From an uncultured Lachnospiraceae bacterium (lineage in GTDB: Bacteria > Bacillota > Clostridia > Lachnospirales > Lachnospiraceae): a stretch of 64,000 nucleotides of DNA. Location of the stretch: assembly GCA_947630085.1 (NCBI GenBank), contig CANRGP010000001.1, forward strand, positions 9,232-73,231. The letters run 5' to 3'. Position 1 is the stretch's first letter. Each line of letters starts with the position of its first letter. The notes below the pieces were generated by a model that saw only the letters and a program-made list of their open reading frames with translations, made no database searches and had not been told where the DNA came from. Shown here one piece after another: positions 48,037 through 57,131 of the stretch. Both the position numbers and the translations under genes were made by a program.

Positions 48037-48858
48037 ATGCAGACCTATGAAGACCAGAAAGCCGTCGTCGCCAAACTGAATGTCATCGACGATATCCTTT
48101 TTCAGAAAATGGCCGAAGATCAGGAGATCGCCGAAGAAATCCTGCGGATCATTCTGGAGAAACCGGCACTAAAGGTCATCCAAAGCCAGACTCAGCGTTT
48201 TCTCCGCAATGTGGGAGCCCATTCTGTTATCCTTGATCTGCTGTGCGAGGACGAGGACCATTCCCTCATTAATTGTGAGGTTCAAAAGGAAGATGACGAC
48301 GATCATCAGCGGCGAGTGCGGTTCAACCATTCAAATATCGATACTGTCTTTGTAGAAAAGGGAATCGATTACAGGGATCTGCCGGATGTTTACCTCATTT
48401 TCATCTCCAAATTTGACACCTTTGGAGAAAATCGGACCATTTACCATATCAATCGGATAATTGAAGAAACCGGCTCCGTGGTAGATAATGGTGTCCATGA
48501 AATCTATGTAAATACAGCCGTAAATGACAAAAGCGGCATCGCAGAACTGATGCAGTATTTCAAGAACAGCGTTGGAGAACACCAGAATTTCATGAAGCTT
48601 TGTAACCGCGTGAGGTATTTTAAGGAGGATCAGAAAGGGGTACAGATTATGTGTCAGGCCGTTCAGGAATATGCAGAGAATTACGCCAAAGAATACGCAG
48701 AGAAATATGCCAAAGAAGCTGCCCAAAAAGAAAACATACAAACCGCCATTAACCTTTTGAAAAATGGGGCTTCCGTGGATTTGATCGCGCTGTCCATTCC
48801 GTCCCTGTCCCGACAGCTTATCGTGGAACTGAGCAAACAGCTTCAGCAGTCGGTCTAA
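48037..48858 (+). CDS. Rpn-family PD-(D/E)XK nuclease
   Basis: DDILFQK, VILDLLCED...INCEVQ, YLIFISKFD; SD AAAGGA before ATG 48037. Confidence 0.8.
   Translation: MQTYEDQKAVVAKLNVIDDILFQKMAEDQEIAEEILRIILEKPALKVIQSQTQRFLRNVGAHSVILDLLCEDEDHSLINCEVQKEDDDDHQRRVRFNHSNIDTVFVEKGIDYRDLPDVYLIFISKFDTFGENRTIYHINRIIEETGSVVDNGVHEIYVNTAVNDKSGIAELMQYFKNSVGEHQNFMKLCNRVRYFKEDQKGVQIMCQAVQEYAENYAKEYAEKYAKEAAQKENIQTAINLLKNGASVDLIALSIPSLSRQLIVELSKQLQQSV
48649..48858 (+). CDS. Putative in-frame internal small protein (RpnS-like antitoxin), 69 aa
   Basis: AAAGGGGT-7 nt-ATG inside rpn, giving MCQAVQEYAENYAKEYAEKYAKE... Confidence 0.55.
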   Translation: MCQAVQEYAENYAKEYAEKYAKEAAQKENIQTAINLLKNGASVDLIALSIPSLSRQLIVELSKQLQQSV

Positions 48859-49078
48859 CGGCTGGCCGCCTGCTGTCTGACCGCCTGCCGTCAGGATATC
48901 ATCGTCAAGGAAGGTAATTTCAGCCGAAACTGTAATATTATGCCCTGCCGTCCAAAGAGCAAACCACCGCTGAACTCCATCTCAAATGCCCCGGAAAACC
49001 ACACATTTAAGCCATTTCTTCATCGCAAAAAAAGCACCGGCCCCGCAGCTCATACGTCCGCAAAACCAGTACTTTACG

Positions 49079-49151
49079 TGCGCCCTCAGGGACTCGAACC
49101 CTGGACAAATAGATTAAGAGTCTACTGCTCTACCAACTGAGCTAAGGGCGC
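49079..49151 (-). tRNA. tRNA-Lys(CTT)
   Basis: GCGCCCTTAGCTCAGTTGGTAGAGCAGTAGACTCTTAATCTATTTGTCCAGGGTTCGAGTCCCTGAGGGCGCA; CCA not encoded. Confidence 0.97.
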
Positions 49152-49170
49152 TCTCTCTTGACACTCGACT

Positions 49171-49199
49171 ATTTTAGCGCAGGGGTTGACAAAAGTCAA
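49171..49199 (-). promoter_or_regulatory. tRNA-Lys promoter
   Basis: TTGACT-17 bp-TAAAAT. Confidence 0.65.
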
Positions 49200-49261
49200 C
49201 CCCTTTTTTACACTTTTTTTAAAGACCTGCGGAAATGCGGCTCCGCGGACGTCAGGATCCA

Positions 49262-49579
49262 TCACAATGCCGCGTCCAGAGCTCCCGCCAGGATCTTTTT
49301 GTCCTGCATTCCCACCATTTTGGACATCACCTGGCTGCCTTTGAATACGATGAACGTAGGAATGGACATTACGCCGTAGCGAATAGCGATATCCTGGCTT
49401 TCATCCACGTTGATCCTGGCGATCTTCGCCCTGCCGTCGTATTCTTCGGCCAGCGCCTCCACCACGGGAGACATTGCCTTACACGGGCCGCACCAGTCCG
49501 CGTAAAAGTCTACCAGGACCGGCTGGTCCGCCTCGTACACCTCTTTTTCAAAATTATCCTCTGTCAGCACAGCGGTCAT
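49262..49579 (-). CDS. trxA: Thioredoxin
   Basis: DFYADWCGPCK, SIPT; SD AGGAGG before 49579. Confidence 0.95.
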   Translation of the reverse strand: MTAVLTEDNFEKEVYEADQPVLVDFYADWCGPCKAMSPVVEALAEEYDGRAKIARINVDESQDIAIRYGVMSIPTFIVFKGSQVMSKMVGMQDKKILAGALDAAL

Positions 49580-49784
49580 GATAATTTCCTCCTTCCTGTA
49601 TCTCATTTCTTTTTGTGGGGCTTGTCGGTGCCGCACAGGGTCTTCTCTACTTCCTTAAGACATCTGCAGAGCTTCAGAAAGCAGCAGTTCAGTTCCGCCT
49701 TGTCGCAGGTTGCCTGCTGCAGTTTTCTTACGATCGTTTCCCGCATCGCCATCCATATCACCAGTTTTTCCGGTTTTCTATATT

Positions 49785-50432
49785 TTACTCCTTTTTGGGT
49801 CTGCTTGCAACCAGTTTGCAGATTTGTTTGCCCTCTGACGAGAATTTCTCCTCGTATTCCGTCAGGATGTTTCCCGCCGCATATGGACTTCTGTGCAGAT
49901 CAAAGGTCTGCATCTCGATCTCCCAGCCTTCGCCGGCGAGCACATCAAGCGAATACTCAAACAGCGGCCTGTTGTCCGTTTTAAACTCGAGCTTTCCGTC
50001 CGGAACAAGTATCCCTTCGTAAACCGCCAGAAAGCGGGGTGAGGTCAGCCGCCTCTTGGCGTGGCGGTCCTTCGGCCACGGATCGGAAAAATTCAGGTAG
50101 ATCCTCTCTGTCTCTCCGCCTGCAAAAATTTCTCCCAGGCGCAGGGCATCCACGCAGAGAAAGCGCACATTGGAAAGCTTTTCCTCCTCCTGTTTCTGTA
50201 TGGCCTTGAGCAGTACGGATGAATAAAGTTCAACGCCCACATAATTGATCAGCGGGTCCTGCCGCGCCATCTCCATCAGGAACTTTCCCTTTCCCATTCC
50301 GATCTCCATACGGATCGGATGGTCGTTGCCGAACACCCGGTTCCAGCAGCCCTTTCGGTCCTGCGGATCTCCGACAACATAAACGCAGTCCGCAACCGTC
50401 TGTTCCGCTCCCGCAATATGGCGCAATCTCAT
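49785..50432 (-). CDS. trmB: tRNA (guanine-N7) methyltransferase
   Basis: EIGMGKG, NFSDPWPKDRHAKRRLT, FKTD, TEYE. Confidence 0.96.
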   Translation of the reverse strand: MRLRHIAGAEQTVADCVYVVGDPQDRKGCWNRVFGNDHPIRMEIGMGKGKFLMEMARQDPLINYVGVELYSSVLLKAIQKQEEEKLSNVRFLCVDALRLGEIFAGGETERIYLNFSDPWPKDRHAKRRLTSPRFLAVYEGILVPDGKLEFKTDNRPLFEYSLDVLAGEGWEIEMQTFDLHRSPYAAGNILTEYEEKFSSEGKQICKLVASRPKKE

Positions 50433-50631
50433 ACTTTATCCCTCCAGTTAACCCGATTGTCTTTCGATTCTACCATTCCTCCCCTCTCTTTTCAAGCAAA
50501 TCTTCCGGCATAATTTAATTTTCTCTTACAATACAAAAAAAACAAAAATTTTTAGTGCATTATTTGTCGAATAAGGGTATAATAAAGAAAAATGATATTG
50601 CCTCGCAAGTCAGGGAGTCAGGAGGATATCT

Positions 50632-51504
50632 ATGCCGATTACAGACGAGAACATGAGCACAAATTGGGTGAAGATCCGGCAGGGGGTCAAAGACGCGGAG
50701 CTTCTGATCAGTCAGAAACGGTACAATTTATCCATGGTCAAGTGCCGGCAGACATTGGAGTATATGATACGCGACCTGTGCGACAAGGCCATGATCTCTT
50801 CCCAGAGTACCGGCCAGGATCTGTCCGCTCTGGTCGACGCGCTGTATACCAACCGCTGGATCAGCAAAACCACCTGCGAGCATTATCACAAGATCCGGAT
50901 GCTGGGCAACAAGGCCGTACATGAAGGCAGCGAGAACGCCTATGACGCCAACCAGGCTTATCAGCTTCTTCGGCAGGAAGCGGAAACCTTTTACAAAACC
51001 TACCACAGCAGCAAGCAGAAATCCGCTCAGAAGCAGCACAGCGGGCAGGCCCAGTCCCGGACCCGCGCGGCGGGTTCCGCCAGAAGCCGCAGACGTGCCC
51101 CGGAGGGGTTTTCTCTGAACAGCACCGACGTTCTGCGGATCCTCATTCTGGTATTTGCCGTTATCCTGATCGTGGTTCTGATCCGCATTCTCCGTCCCTC
51201 CGGACCCAAGACGGAGGAGACCAGCGCGCCCTCCACGGAAGCACAGCTTCCCGAGGAGCCATCGTCTCAGGAAGAGACGACCGCCGCGCCTGAGACGATG
51301 GCCGAGACGACCCCGGCCGCCGTATTCCGCACGAACGATTACCTGAACGTTCGTGCCGAGCCCTCCACTACGGGATCCCGCCTGGGAGTCCTGGATCCGG
51401 ATACGGTTGTGGAATATGTGGGCGAATATGACAGCGAGTGGGCGATCATCATGTACGAAGGATCCGAAGCTTACGTGGCAAGCCGCTATTTAAGCCACGA
51501 CTGA
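50632..51504 (+). CDS. DUF4145 (HEPN-like) - TM - SH3b protein
   Basis: RQTLE...IRMLGNKAVH; TM ILILVFAVILIVVLI; LNVRAEPST...AYVASRYL. Confidence 0.75.
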   Translation: MPITDENMSTNWVKIRQGVKDAELLISQKRYNLSMVKCRQTLEYMIRDLCDKAMISSQSTGQDLSALVDALYTNRWISKTTCEHYHKIRMLGNKAVHEGSENAYDANQAYQLLRQEAETFYKTYHSSKQKSAQKQHSGQAQSRTRAAGSARSRRRAPEGFSLNSTDVLRILILVFAVILIVVLIRILRPSGPKTEETSAPSTEAQLPEEPSSQEETTAAPETMAETTPAAVFRTNDYLNVRAEPSTTGSRLGVLDPDTVVEYVGEYDSEWAIIMYEGSEAYVASRYLSHD

Positions 51505-51560
51505 CAGCGGCCCCTTTCCGGGTGAAGCCGCCGGATTCAGAGAAACCTATTTTTGCAGCC

Positions 51561-51604
51561 GAACGCCGAAAATGAAGACCGTATTTTCATTTTCGGCGTT
51601 TTTG
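51561..51604 (+). terminator. Intrinsic terminator
   Basis: AACGCCGAAAATGAA/TTCATTTTCGGCGTT stem followed by a T-run. Confidence 0.75.
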
Positions 51605-51638
51605 TTTTCCGCATCCGGCCGTGATTCGGGCACAGACA

Positions 51639-51667
51639 TTGACAATCCGCCGCCGTTCCTTTATACT
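51639..51667 (+). promoter_or_regulatory. SigA promoter
   Basis: TTGACA-17 bp-TATACT. Confidence 0.7.
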
Positions 51668-51715
51668 TGTGTATAAACGTTTCCTGATTTTTACAGAAAA
51701 GGAGGGCCGTACATT

Positions 51716-52408
51716 ATGAAAGCCGTTCATTATATTCTCGGGATCCTGTTCACCTTCTGCGTCATTGTCGCCCTGCTCCTCACCTCGGTGGAGGCCGTCA
51801 CCTACTGGACGCCCGGCTATTATGAAAAGGAGTATGCCAAGTACAATGTCACCGCCGCCGTGCGGATGGAAATGGATGATCTGCTTCAGGTAACGGACGA
51901 GATGATGTCTTACCTGAAAGGAGACAGAGAAGATCTTCATGTGCCCACTGTCGTAGACGGTCAGCCCCGCGAATTCTTCAACGAGCGGGAGATCGCCCAT
52001 ATGGAAGACGTCCGGGCGCTGTTTATCGGCGGTTTCCGGCTGCGCGCCGCCTGCGTCGCGGCCGCTGTTCTCATAATCGGTCTTCTGCTGGCGCTGAAGG
52101 CACGCCTGCGCAAGGTGCTCCCCCTTTCCGTCTGCATCGGGACCGGAGTGTTCTTTGCGGTCATCTGCGTGCTCGCCGCCGTGATCTCCACTGACTTTAC
52201 CAAATATTTTATCATTTTTCACCACATTTTTTTCCGGAACAACCTGTGGATCCTGAATCCGGCCACGGATCTTCTCATCAACATCGTTCCGGAGCCGTTC
52301 TTCATGGACACGGCAGCCAGGATCGCTCTTATATTCGGAGCGGCGACCGGTATTTTGTTCCTCGTGTGCCTGTTCCTGGTCCTGGCCGAACGGAAGCGGC
52401 GGCAGTAA
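51716..52408 (+). CDS. TIGR01906/DUF1461 family membrane protein
   Basis: EIAHMEDVRALF, FIIFHHIFF.NNLW..NPATDLLI...PEPFF. Confidence 0.85.
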   Translation: MKAVHYILGILFTFCVIVALLLTSVEAVTYWTPGYYEKEYAKYNVTAAVRMEMDDLLQVTDEMMSYLKGDREDLHVPTVVDGQPREFFNEREIAHMEDVRALFIGGFRLRAACVAAAVLIIGLLLALKARLRKVLPLSVCIGTGVFFAVICVLAAVISTDFTKYFIIFHHIFFRNNLWILNPATDLLINIVPEPFFMDTAARIALIFGAATGILFLVCLFLVLAERKRRQ

Positions 52409-52433
52409 CTATGATAGACGGGGATTATGGCTC

Positions 52434-53933
52434 ATGAAGAAACTCATTGCTGCATTCCTGTGTGCGGCCCTTGTCTTGGGACTTCTCCCCATGGACAGTC
52501 CGGCCGCCGAGAGCTGGCCCGACAATGTGAGCATCGAAGCCGAGGGCGGGATCGTAATGGATGCCTCCACCGGAGCCGTCCTCTACGGAAAAAATATTCA
52601 TACAGCTTATTATCCGGCCAGTATCACCAAGATTCTGACGGCTCTCATCGTGCTGGAAAACTGCAGTCTGGATGAAAGCGTTACCTTTTCCCACAACGCG
52701 GTCTATAACGTAGAGGCCGGGAGCACCAGCGCGGGTCTGGATGAAGGCGATGTCCTCAGCGTCCGCGACTGCCTGTATGCCCTTATTCTGAAATCGGCCA
52801 ACGAAGCAGCAAACGCCCTGGCCGAACACGTAGCCGGCGATATCGATTCCTTTGCGGAGATGATGAACCAGAAGGCCGCATCCCTGGGCTGTACGGATTC
52901 CCATTTTGCCAATCCCAGCGGCCTGAACAATGAAAACCACTATACCTCCGCCTTCGATATGGCGCTGATCGCGCGGGCAGCCCTTCAGAATGAGACGTTC
53001 ATGAAGATCGACTCCACTCTCTATTATGATCTTCCCGTTACCAAGCGCAACCCGGAGGGCGCGCGGATCTACCCAGGCCACCGTATGATCAAAAAGAATA
53101 TGCCGGAATATTATGAGGGGTGCCTGGGCGGAAAAACCGGCTACACGTCCCTGGCAGGCAACACACTGGTGACCTTCGCCCGCCGCGACGGTATGACGCT
53201 GATCACGGTCATCCTGAACGGGCACCAGTCGCATTACCGCGACACGAAGGCTCTTCTCGACTTCGGATTCCAAAACTTCCAGACAGTCCACGCGGCTGAC
53301 TTCGACGTAACCTATACTTCCCTGGAAAATGACATGACGATCGCGGGACTTCCCGCCTCCGAGCTTGCGGGGATCCGCCTTGACCCGGACGGCGTTCTGA
53401 CCCTTCCCCGGTCAGGAGATTTTTCTTCCGTGACCTCCGAACTGATATACGATTTTCAGGACGGCTCCGTATTCCGCAGACCGCCTCAGGGCGCCATTGC
53501 CCGCGTAGACTACCGTATGGGCGACCGCGAGCTGGGCTGCGCCTATCTGACCATGGCTACGCTGGGAGACCAGACCGCCTCCTCTGTTCCCACCGCGGCG
53601 GACGATCTCGCGGGGATCACCCTTTCGGAACCCGGAGATCCCTCCGAATCCTCCCGGGACGAGCTTTCGTTTTACATTCCCAAAGCGGCATGGATCATCT
53701 TCGGAGCCGCGCTGGGTGCGGCCGCGCTGGCCGGCATCATTCTTTTGCTCAAAAGCTGTCAGGAAAAGAGAGAAACCGAAGCCCGGCTGATCCGGCGCCA
53801 GAAACGGATGGCGCGTATGGGCGACGAGCTTTCCTCCTCCGAATTTGACCTTCGGATGGAGCAGTACCGGCGCAATTATTACACCACGCGGCGCTCCTCA
53901 CAGCAAAAACGCCGTAATCATAAAAGCAGCTGA
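52434..53933 (+). CDS. D-alanyl-D-alanine carboxypeptidase (S11)
   Basis: PASITK, SAN, GGKTGYT; C-terminal TM. Confidence 0.93.
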   Translation: MKKLIAAFLCAALVLGLLPMDSPAAESWPDNVSIEAEGGIVMDASTGAVLYGKNIHTAYYPASITKILTALIVLENCSLDESVTFSHNAVYNVEAGSTSAGLDEGDVLSVRDCLYALILKSANEAANALAEHVAGDIDSFAEMMNQKAASLGCTDSHFANPSGLNNENHYTSAFDMALIARAALQNETFMKIDSTLYYDLPVTKRNPEGARIYPGHRMIKKNMPEYYEGCLGGKTGYTSLAGNTLVTFARRDGMTLITVILNGHQSHYRDTKALLDFGFQNFQTVHAADFDVTYTSLENDMTIAGLPASELAGIRLDPDGVLTLPRSGDFSSVTSELIYDFQDGSVFRRPPQGAIARVDYRMGDRELGCAYLTMATLGDQTASSVPTAADDLAGITLSEPGDPSESSRDELSFYIPKAAWIIFGAALGAAALAGIILLLKSCQEKRETEARLIRRQKRMARMGDELSSSEFDLRMEQYRRNYYTTRRSSQQKRRNHKSS

Positions 53934-53958
53934 TCCGCCCCTTCGGTTCCGGGCCGTC

Positions 53959-54933
53959 TCAGCTGCTTTTTTTGCTCCTCTTTTTCATTTTTCTCCATTG
54001 GATGACCCGCGCCTGATATTCCCGGCTCTGGGCCTCCACACGATCGGCTGTTTCTTCATCCACGCACTTCAGCGTTTTCACTATATAAACCCCGTTTTCT
54101 CCCTGTTTGCGGATCCGGATCTTTCCCCTCACAGGCCCGTGCTCCGGGCACACCGACAGGCACAGGTACTGCCGCGAATGAACCGGGAACCACCGGATCT
54201 TCTTCTTCAGCATCCGCCGGCAGCGAAAGCAGATCATGTCCGTCACGTCCTTGTCCGCGAGGGCCTCCTCCCCGGAGGGGTACACCCTTGACACATACTT
54301 CATATATGTGGGAAACGTCAGGCGGATCTCCTCCTCCTTATTCCGGGGAAGACGGTAATAGTCTACGGAAAAATACGGACTCCATGTGACAAAATCAATG
54401 GCCTGCATCACTTTTCCCGTATAGTAGGCATCATCCTGCGCCCTGTGAAACGGCCTGTCCTCCAAAAGCCCCAGGGACTGGGCCGCACTGTCCAGGGATG
54501 GGCTTTCCCGGCTTCCCATCTGGAGAGCATACAGCTTCTGTATGTCCAGATAGCAGAGGGGGAACGGAAACGGCAGATCCAGCTCGTAGAAGCTCATGTT
54601 TCTCTGCAGCTCCGTCAGATCCATAGAACCCCATGTGCAGAACACAGGATCCGTGCCGCACCATTCCATAAGCTCGCCCGCCGCCTCCGGAAAGGGTACT
54701 CCCACCCGCCTGAGCTCCTGGATGTTCAGGTGAGTCACCTGCGAGATCCGATAATGCAGGCGGGTGTAGATCTGCGGAAGCACCAGGCGATGGTATTCGT
54801 CGATGAACTCCAGCCTCTCGTTCATCTTCACCGCGCCGATCTCAATGATCTCGAAGGGGAGATCTTCATTTGTATTCTGTTTTCCGTCCGGGCTCTGGTT
54901 CCACTCCAGATCAAATACAATGTATGTTCTCAT
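53959..54933 (-). CDS. DEDDh 3'-5' exonuclease with C-terminal Zn-finger
   Basis: VFDLEWNQ, EIIEIGA, HRAQDDA; CFRC...CPEH. Confidence 0.85.
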   Translation of the reverse strand: MRTYIVFDLEWNQSPDGKQNTNEDLPFEIIEIGAVKMNERLEFIDEYHRLVLPQIYTRLHYRISQVTHLNIQELRRVGVPFPEAAGELMEWCGTDPVFCTWGSMDLTELQRNMSFYELDLPFPFPLCYLDIQKLYALQMGSRESPSLDSAAQSLGLLEDRPFHRAQDDAYYTGKVMQAIDFVTWSPYFSVDYYRLPRNKEEEIRLTFPTYMKYVSRVYPSGEEALADKDVTDMICFRCRRMLKKKIRWFPVHSRQYLCLSVCPEHGPVRGKIRIRKQGENGVYIVKTLKCVDEETADRVEAQSREYQARVIQWRKMKKRSKKSS

Positions 54934-55006
54934 AATGATATGAGTATAACACATCCCGCATCAAACCGCCACTACAGATTCAGAAAATCTCCCCCTCAGG
55001 CGCACA

Positions 55007-56008
55007 TCAATAGGTAAACAGCTGCGTCCAGTATTTTACTCCGTTGCTTCCCTGATAATAGCCGATGCCGATAGCGGTAAAGTCCGGATCCAGGATATTG
55101 GCACGGTGGCCGGTACTGTTCATCCACGCATCCATAACCTTCTCAGGCGTGTCGTATCCGTATGCGATGTTCTCCCCCGCGCGCCGGTAAGAGATCCCTC
55201 TCTGGTCCAGAACCGTGCTGAAGCTGCTCCCGTTAGGCCGGGTGTGAGAAAAGCTGCTCATAGTCTCCTTGGCACGGATGACAGCCGCCGCGGATAACGC
55301 CGGGTCTTCCCTTACCGGAGAAAGTCCGGCTGCGGCCCTCTGCTCATTGACAAGCTCTACTACCCGTGTCACATACGAAGCGGTGCTGCCGCTCTGCTGA
55401 CTGCCGCCGCTCTGCTGATTGCCGCCGCCCTGCTGATTGCCGCCCTGCTGATTGCCGCCCTGCTGCTGGCCGTTCTGCTGACTGCCGCCCTGCTGATTGC
55501 CGCCGCCCTGCTGCGGGATCGTGGGAAGCTGCGGTGTCGGGCTCCCGCATTCCGGCCCCTGGCCGGGGAACCATTCCACATCCTGGCCGCCGCCCTGCTG
55601 ACTTCCGTTCTGCTGGCTTCCGTTCTGCTGGCTTCCATTCTGCTGGCTTCCGCTCTGCATACAGCCGTCTTCCGGGATCCAGCCGCTTCCGTTCAGGCAG
55701 CCGCTTCCAAGGCTCCAGCCGTCTCCGTTCAGGCAGCCGCTTCCAAGGCTCCAGCCATCCCCGCTCAGACAGCCGCTCCCAAGGCTCCAGCCGTTCCCAT
55801 TCAGGCAGCTGTTTCCTCCGCTTGAACCGTTCCCGTTCAGGCAGCCGTTTATCAGGTCGCTGATCAGGCCGTTCACATCCTGCGAACCGTTTCCTCCGCA
55901 CAGATTCCCCCCTGTCACATACAGCCGCGCCGCCGCGTGGGACGGTTTCGCAAAAACACTGGACAAAAACAACGCTGCTGCTGCCGCATACCACAATTCT
56001 CTTCTCAT
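55007..56008 (-). CDS. Secreted CAP/SCP-domain protein with low-complexity repeats
   Basis: Signal peptide; LVNEQR, FSHTRP, AGENIA, WMNSTGHRANIL, YWTQLF. Confidence 0.9.
   Translation of the reverse strand: MRRELWYAAAAALFLSSVFAKPSHAAARLYVTGGNLCGGNGSQDVNGLISDLINGCLNGNGSSGGNSCLNGNGWSLGSGCLSGDGWSLGSGCLNGDGWSLGSGCLNGSGWIPEDGCMQSGSQQNGSQQNGSQQNGSQQGGGQDVEWFPGQGPECGSPTPQLPTIPQQGGGNQQGGSQQNGQQQGGNQQGGNQQGGGNQQSGGSQQSGSTASYVTRVVELVNEQRAAAGLSPVREDPALSAAAVIRAKETMSSFSHTRPNGSSFSTVLDQRGISYRRAGENIAYGYDTPEKVMDAWMNSTGHRANILDPDFTAIGIGYYQGSNGVKYWTQLFTY
55385..55850 (-). repeat. Intragenic 36-bp (CLNGDGWSLGSG) and 15/18-bp (QQNGS, QQGGN) tandem repeats
   Basis: Directly visible in DNA and protein. Confidence 0.9.
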
Positions 56009-56021
56009 ACTCTTTCCTCCC

Positions 56022-56049
56022 GTTACACAAATTTTACATTTCTGTTACA
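56022..56049 (-). promoter_or_regulatory. Triple OmpR/WalR-type direct repeat
   Basis: TGTAAC-N5-TGTAAA-N5-TGTAAC directly 5' of the CAP gene SD. Confidence 0.55.
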
Positions 56050-56226
56050 AAATTATGTTAACACACAGGAAATGGAAAAGCCACAGGAAAGCTCTGGAAA
56101 TCATGTAAGCATTCCGTCATAATATCTTTATGGTTTAGTTCTTGTATTTTTTTACCATGTTATATATAATAGAAGCGGGTCGGAAACAACACCTTAATTT
56201 CAGTTCACAGGAAAGGATATCATACT

Positions 56227-57114
56227 ATGCGTAAATTTATTTTTCGCCGGGCAGCGGCTTTGACGCTGGCTCTGTTTCTCGGGATATGCGCGCCGGCGGA
56301 TAACACTCTGGCGGCCGTAGTCCGGACCCCGTCCGCGGACGGCTCCGTGACCTATGGCAATCAAAGCGCCGTTATCGATGCTTCTCATACGTCGGACGGC
56401 TATGTCATGATCAAATATACAGGAGGCGCCAAACGTATCAAGGTCCGCATCACCAAGGACACTCAGTACACCTACGACCTGAACGTATCCGGAGCCTATG
56501 AGACATTTCCTTTTACAGAAGGAAGCGGAACCTACACCGTGACCATATTTGAGCAGGTGGAGGGCACTATGTACGCGCAGCTGGTCAACCAGTCCATCAG
56601 CGTCAGTCTCTCCAATGACAAGCTTCCTTTCCTGTACCCCAACCAGTTCTGCAACTATTCCGCGGCCTCCAATGTGGTCGCCGTCTCCGACACCGTCTGC
56701 GCCGGACTGACGGATCCTCTCCAGAAGGTAGCGGCCGTCTATCTGTACGCGGTAGATAACCTGACCTACGACTACAACAAAGCCGCCACGGTTCAAAGCG
56801 GATATCTTCCGAATGTAGATAACACGCTCGCTTCCCGCAACGGCATCTGCTTCGACTACGCGGCTCTTATGGTGGCTATGCTGCGGCTCCAGGATATTCC
56901 GGCCAAGCTGGTCATCGGCTACACCAACAACACCTACCATGCCTGGGTAAGCGTATACACCGACGAGCAGGGCTGGATCGACAATGTTATCTTCTTTAAC
57001 GGAAGCGACTGGCGCTTCATGGATCCCACGTTTGCTTCCACCGGACGGGGCAATCCATCCGTTACCGAACACATCAAGAACTCCGCCAATTATTCCGCGA
57101 AGTTCTCCTATTGA
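56227..57114 (+). CDS. Secreted transglutaminase-like protein
   Basis: Signal peptide; triad GICFDYA / YHAWV / FMDPT. Confidence 0.88.
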   Translation: MRKFIFRRAAALTLALFLGICAPADNTLAAVVRTPSADGSVTYGNQSAVIDASHTSDGYVMIKYTGGAKRIKVRITKDTQYTYDLNVSGAYETFPFTEGSGTYTVTIFEQVEGTMYAQLVNQSISVSLSNDKLPFLYPNQFCNYSAASNVVAVSDTVCAGLTDPLQKVAAVYLYAVDNLTYDYNKAATVQSGYLPNVDNTLASRNGICFDYAALMVAMLRLQDIPAKLVIGYTNNTYHAWVSVYTDEQGWIDNVIFFNGSDWRFMDPTFASTGRGNPSVTEHIKNSANYSAKFSY

Positions 57115-57131
57115 CAGAGCGGAGGGTCAAG

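Larger units (their letters stand above)
46086..49071. mobile_element. tRNA-Lys-linked genomic islet bounded by a 14-bp direct repeat (no integrase)
   Basis: CCGCAAAACCAGTA at 46086-46099 and 49058-49071; visibly AT-richer than flanks. Confidence 0.55.

Noticed and set aside
48037-48858. Rpn as an active IS transposase
   Set aside because: No terminal inverted repeats or target duplication around the gene, and the family is not shown to transpose.
49076-49079. tRNA-Lys lacking an encoded CCA as a sign of disruption
   Set aside because: CCA-less tRNA genes are common in Firmicutes, and the cloverleaf is intact.
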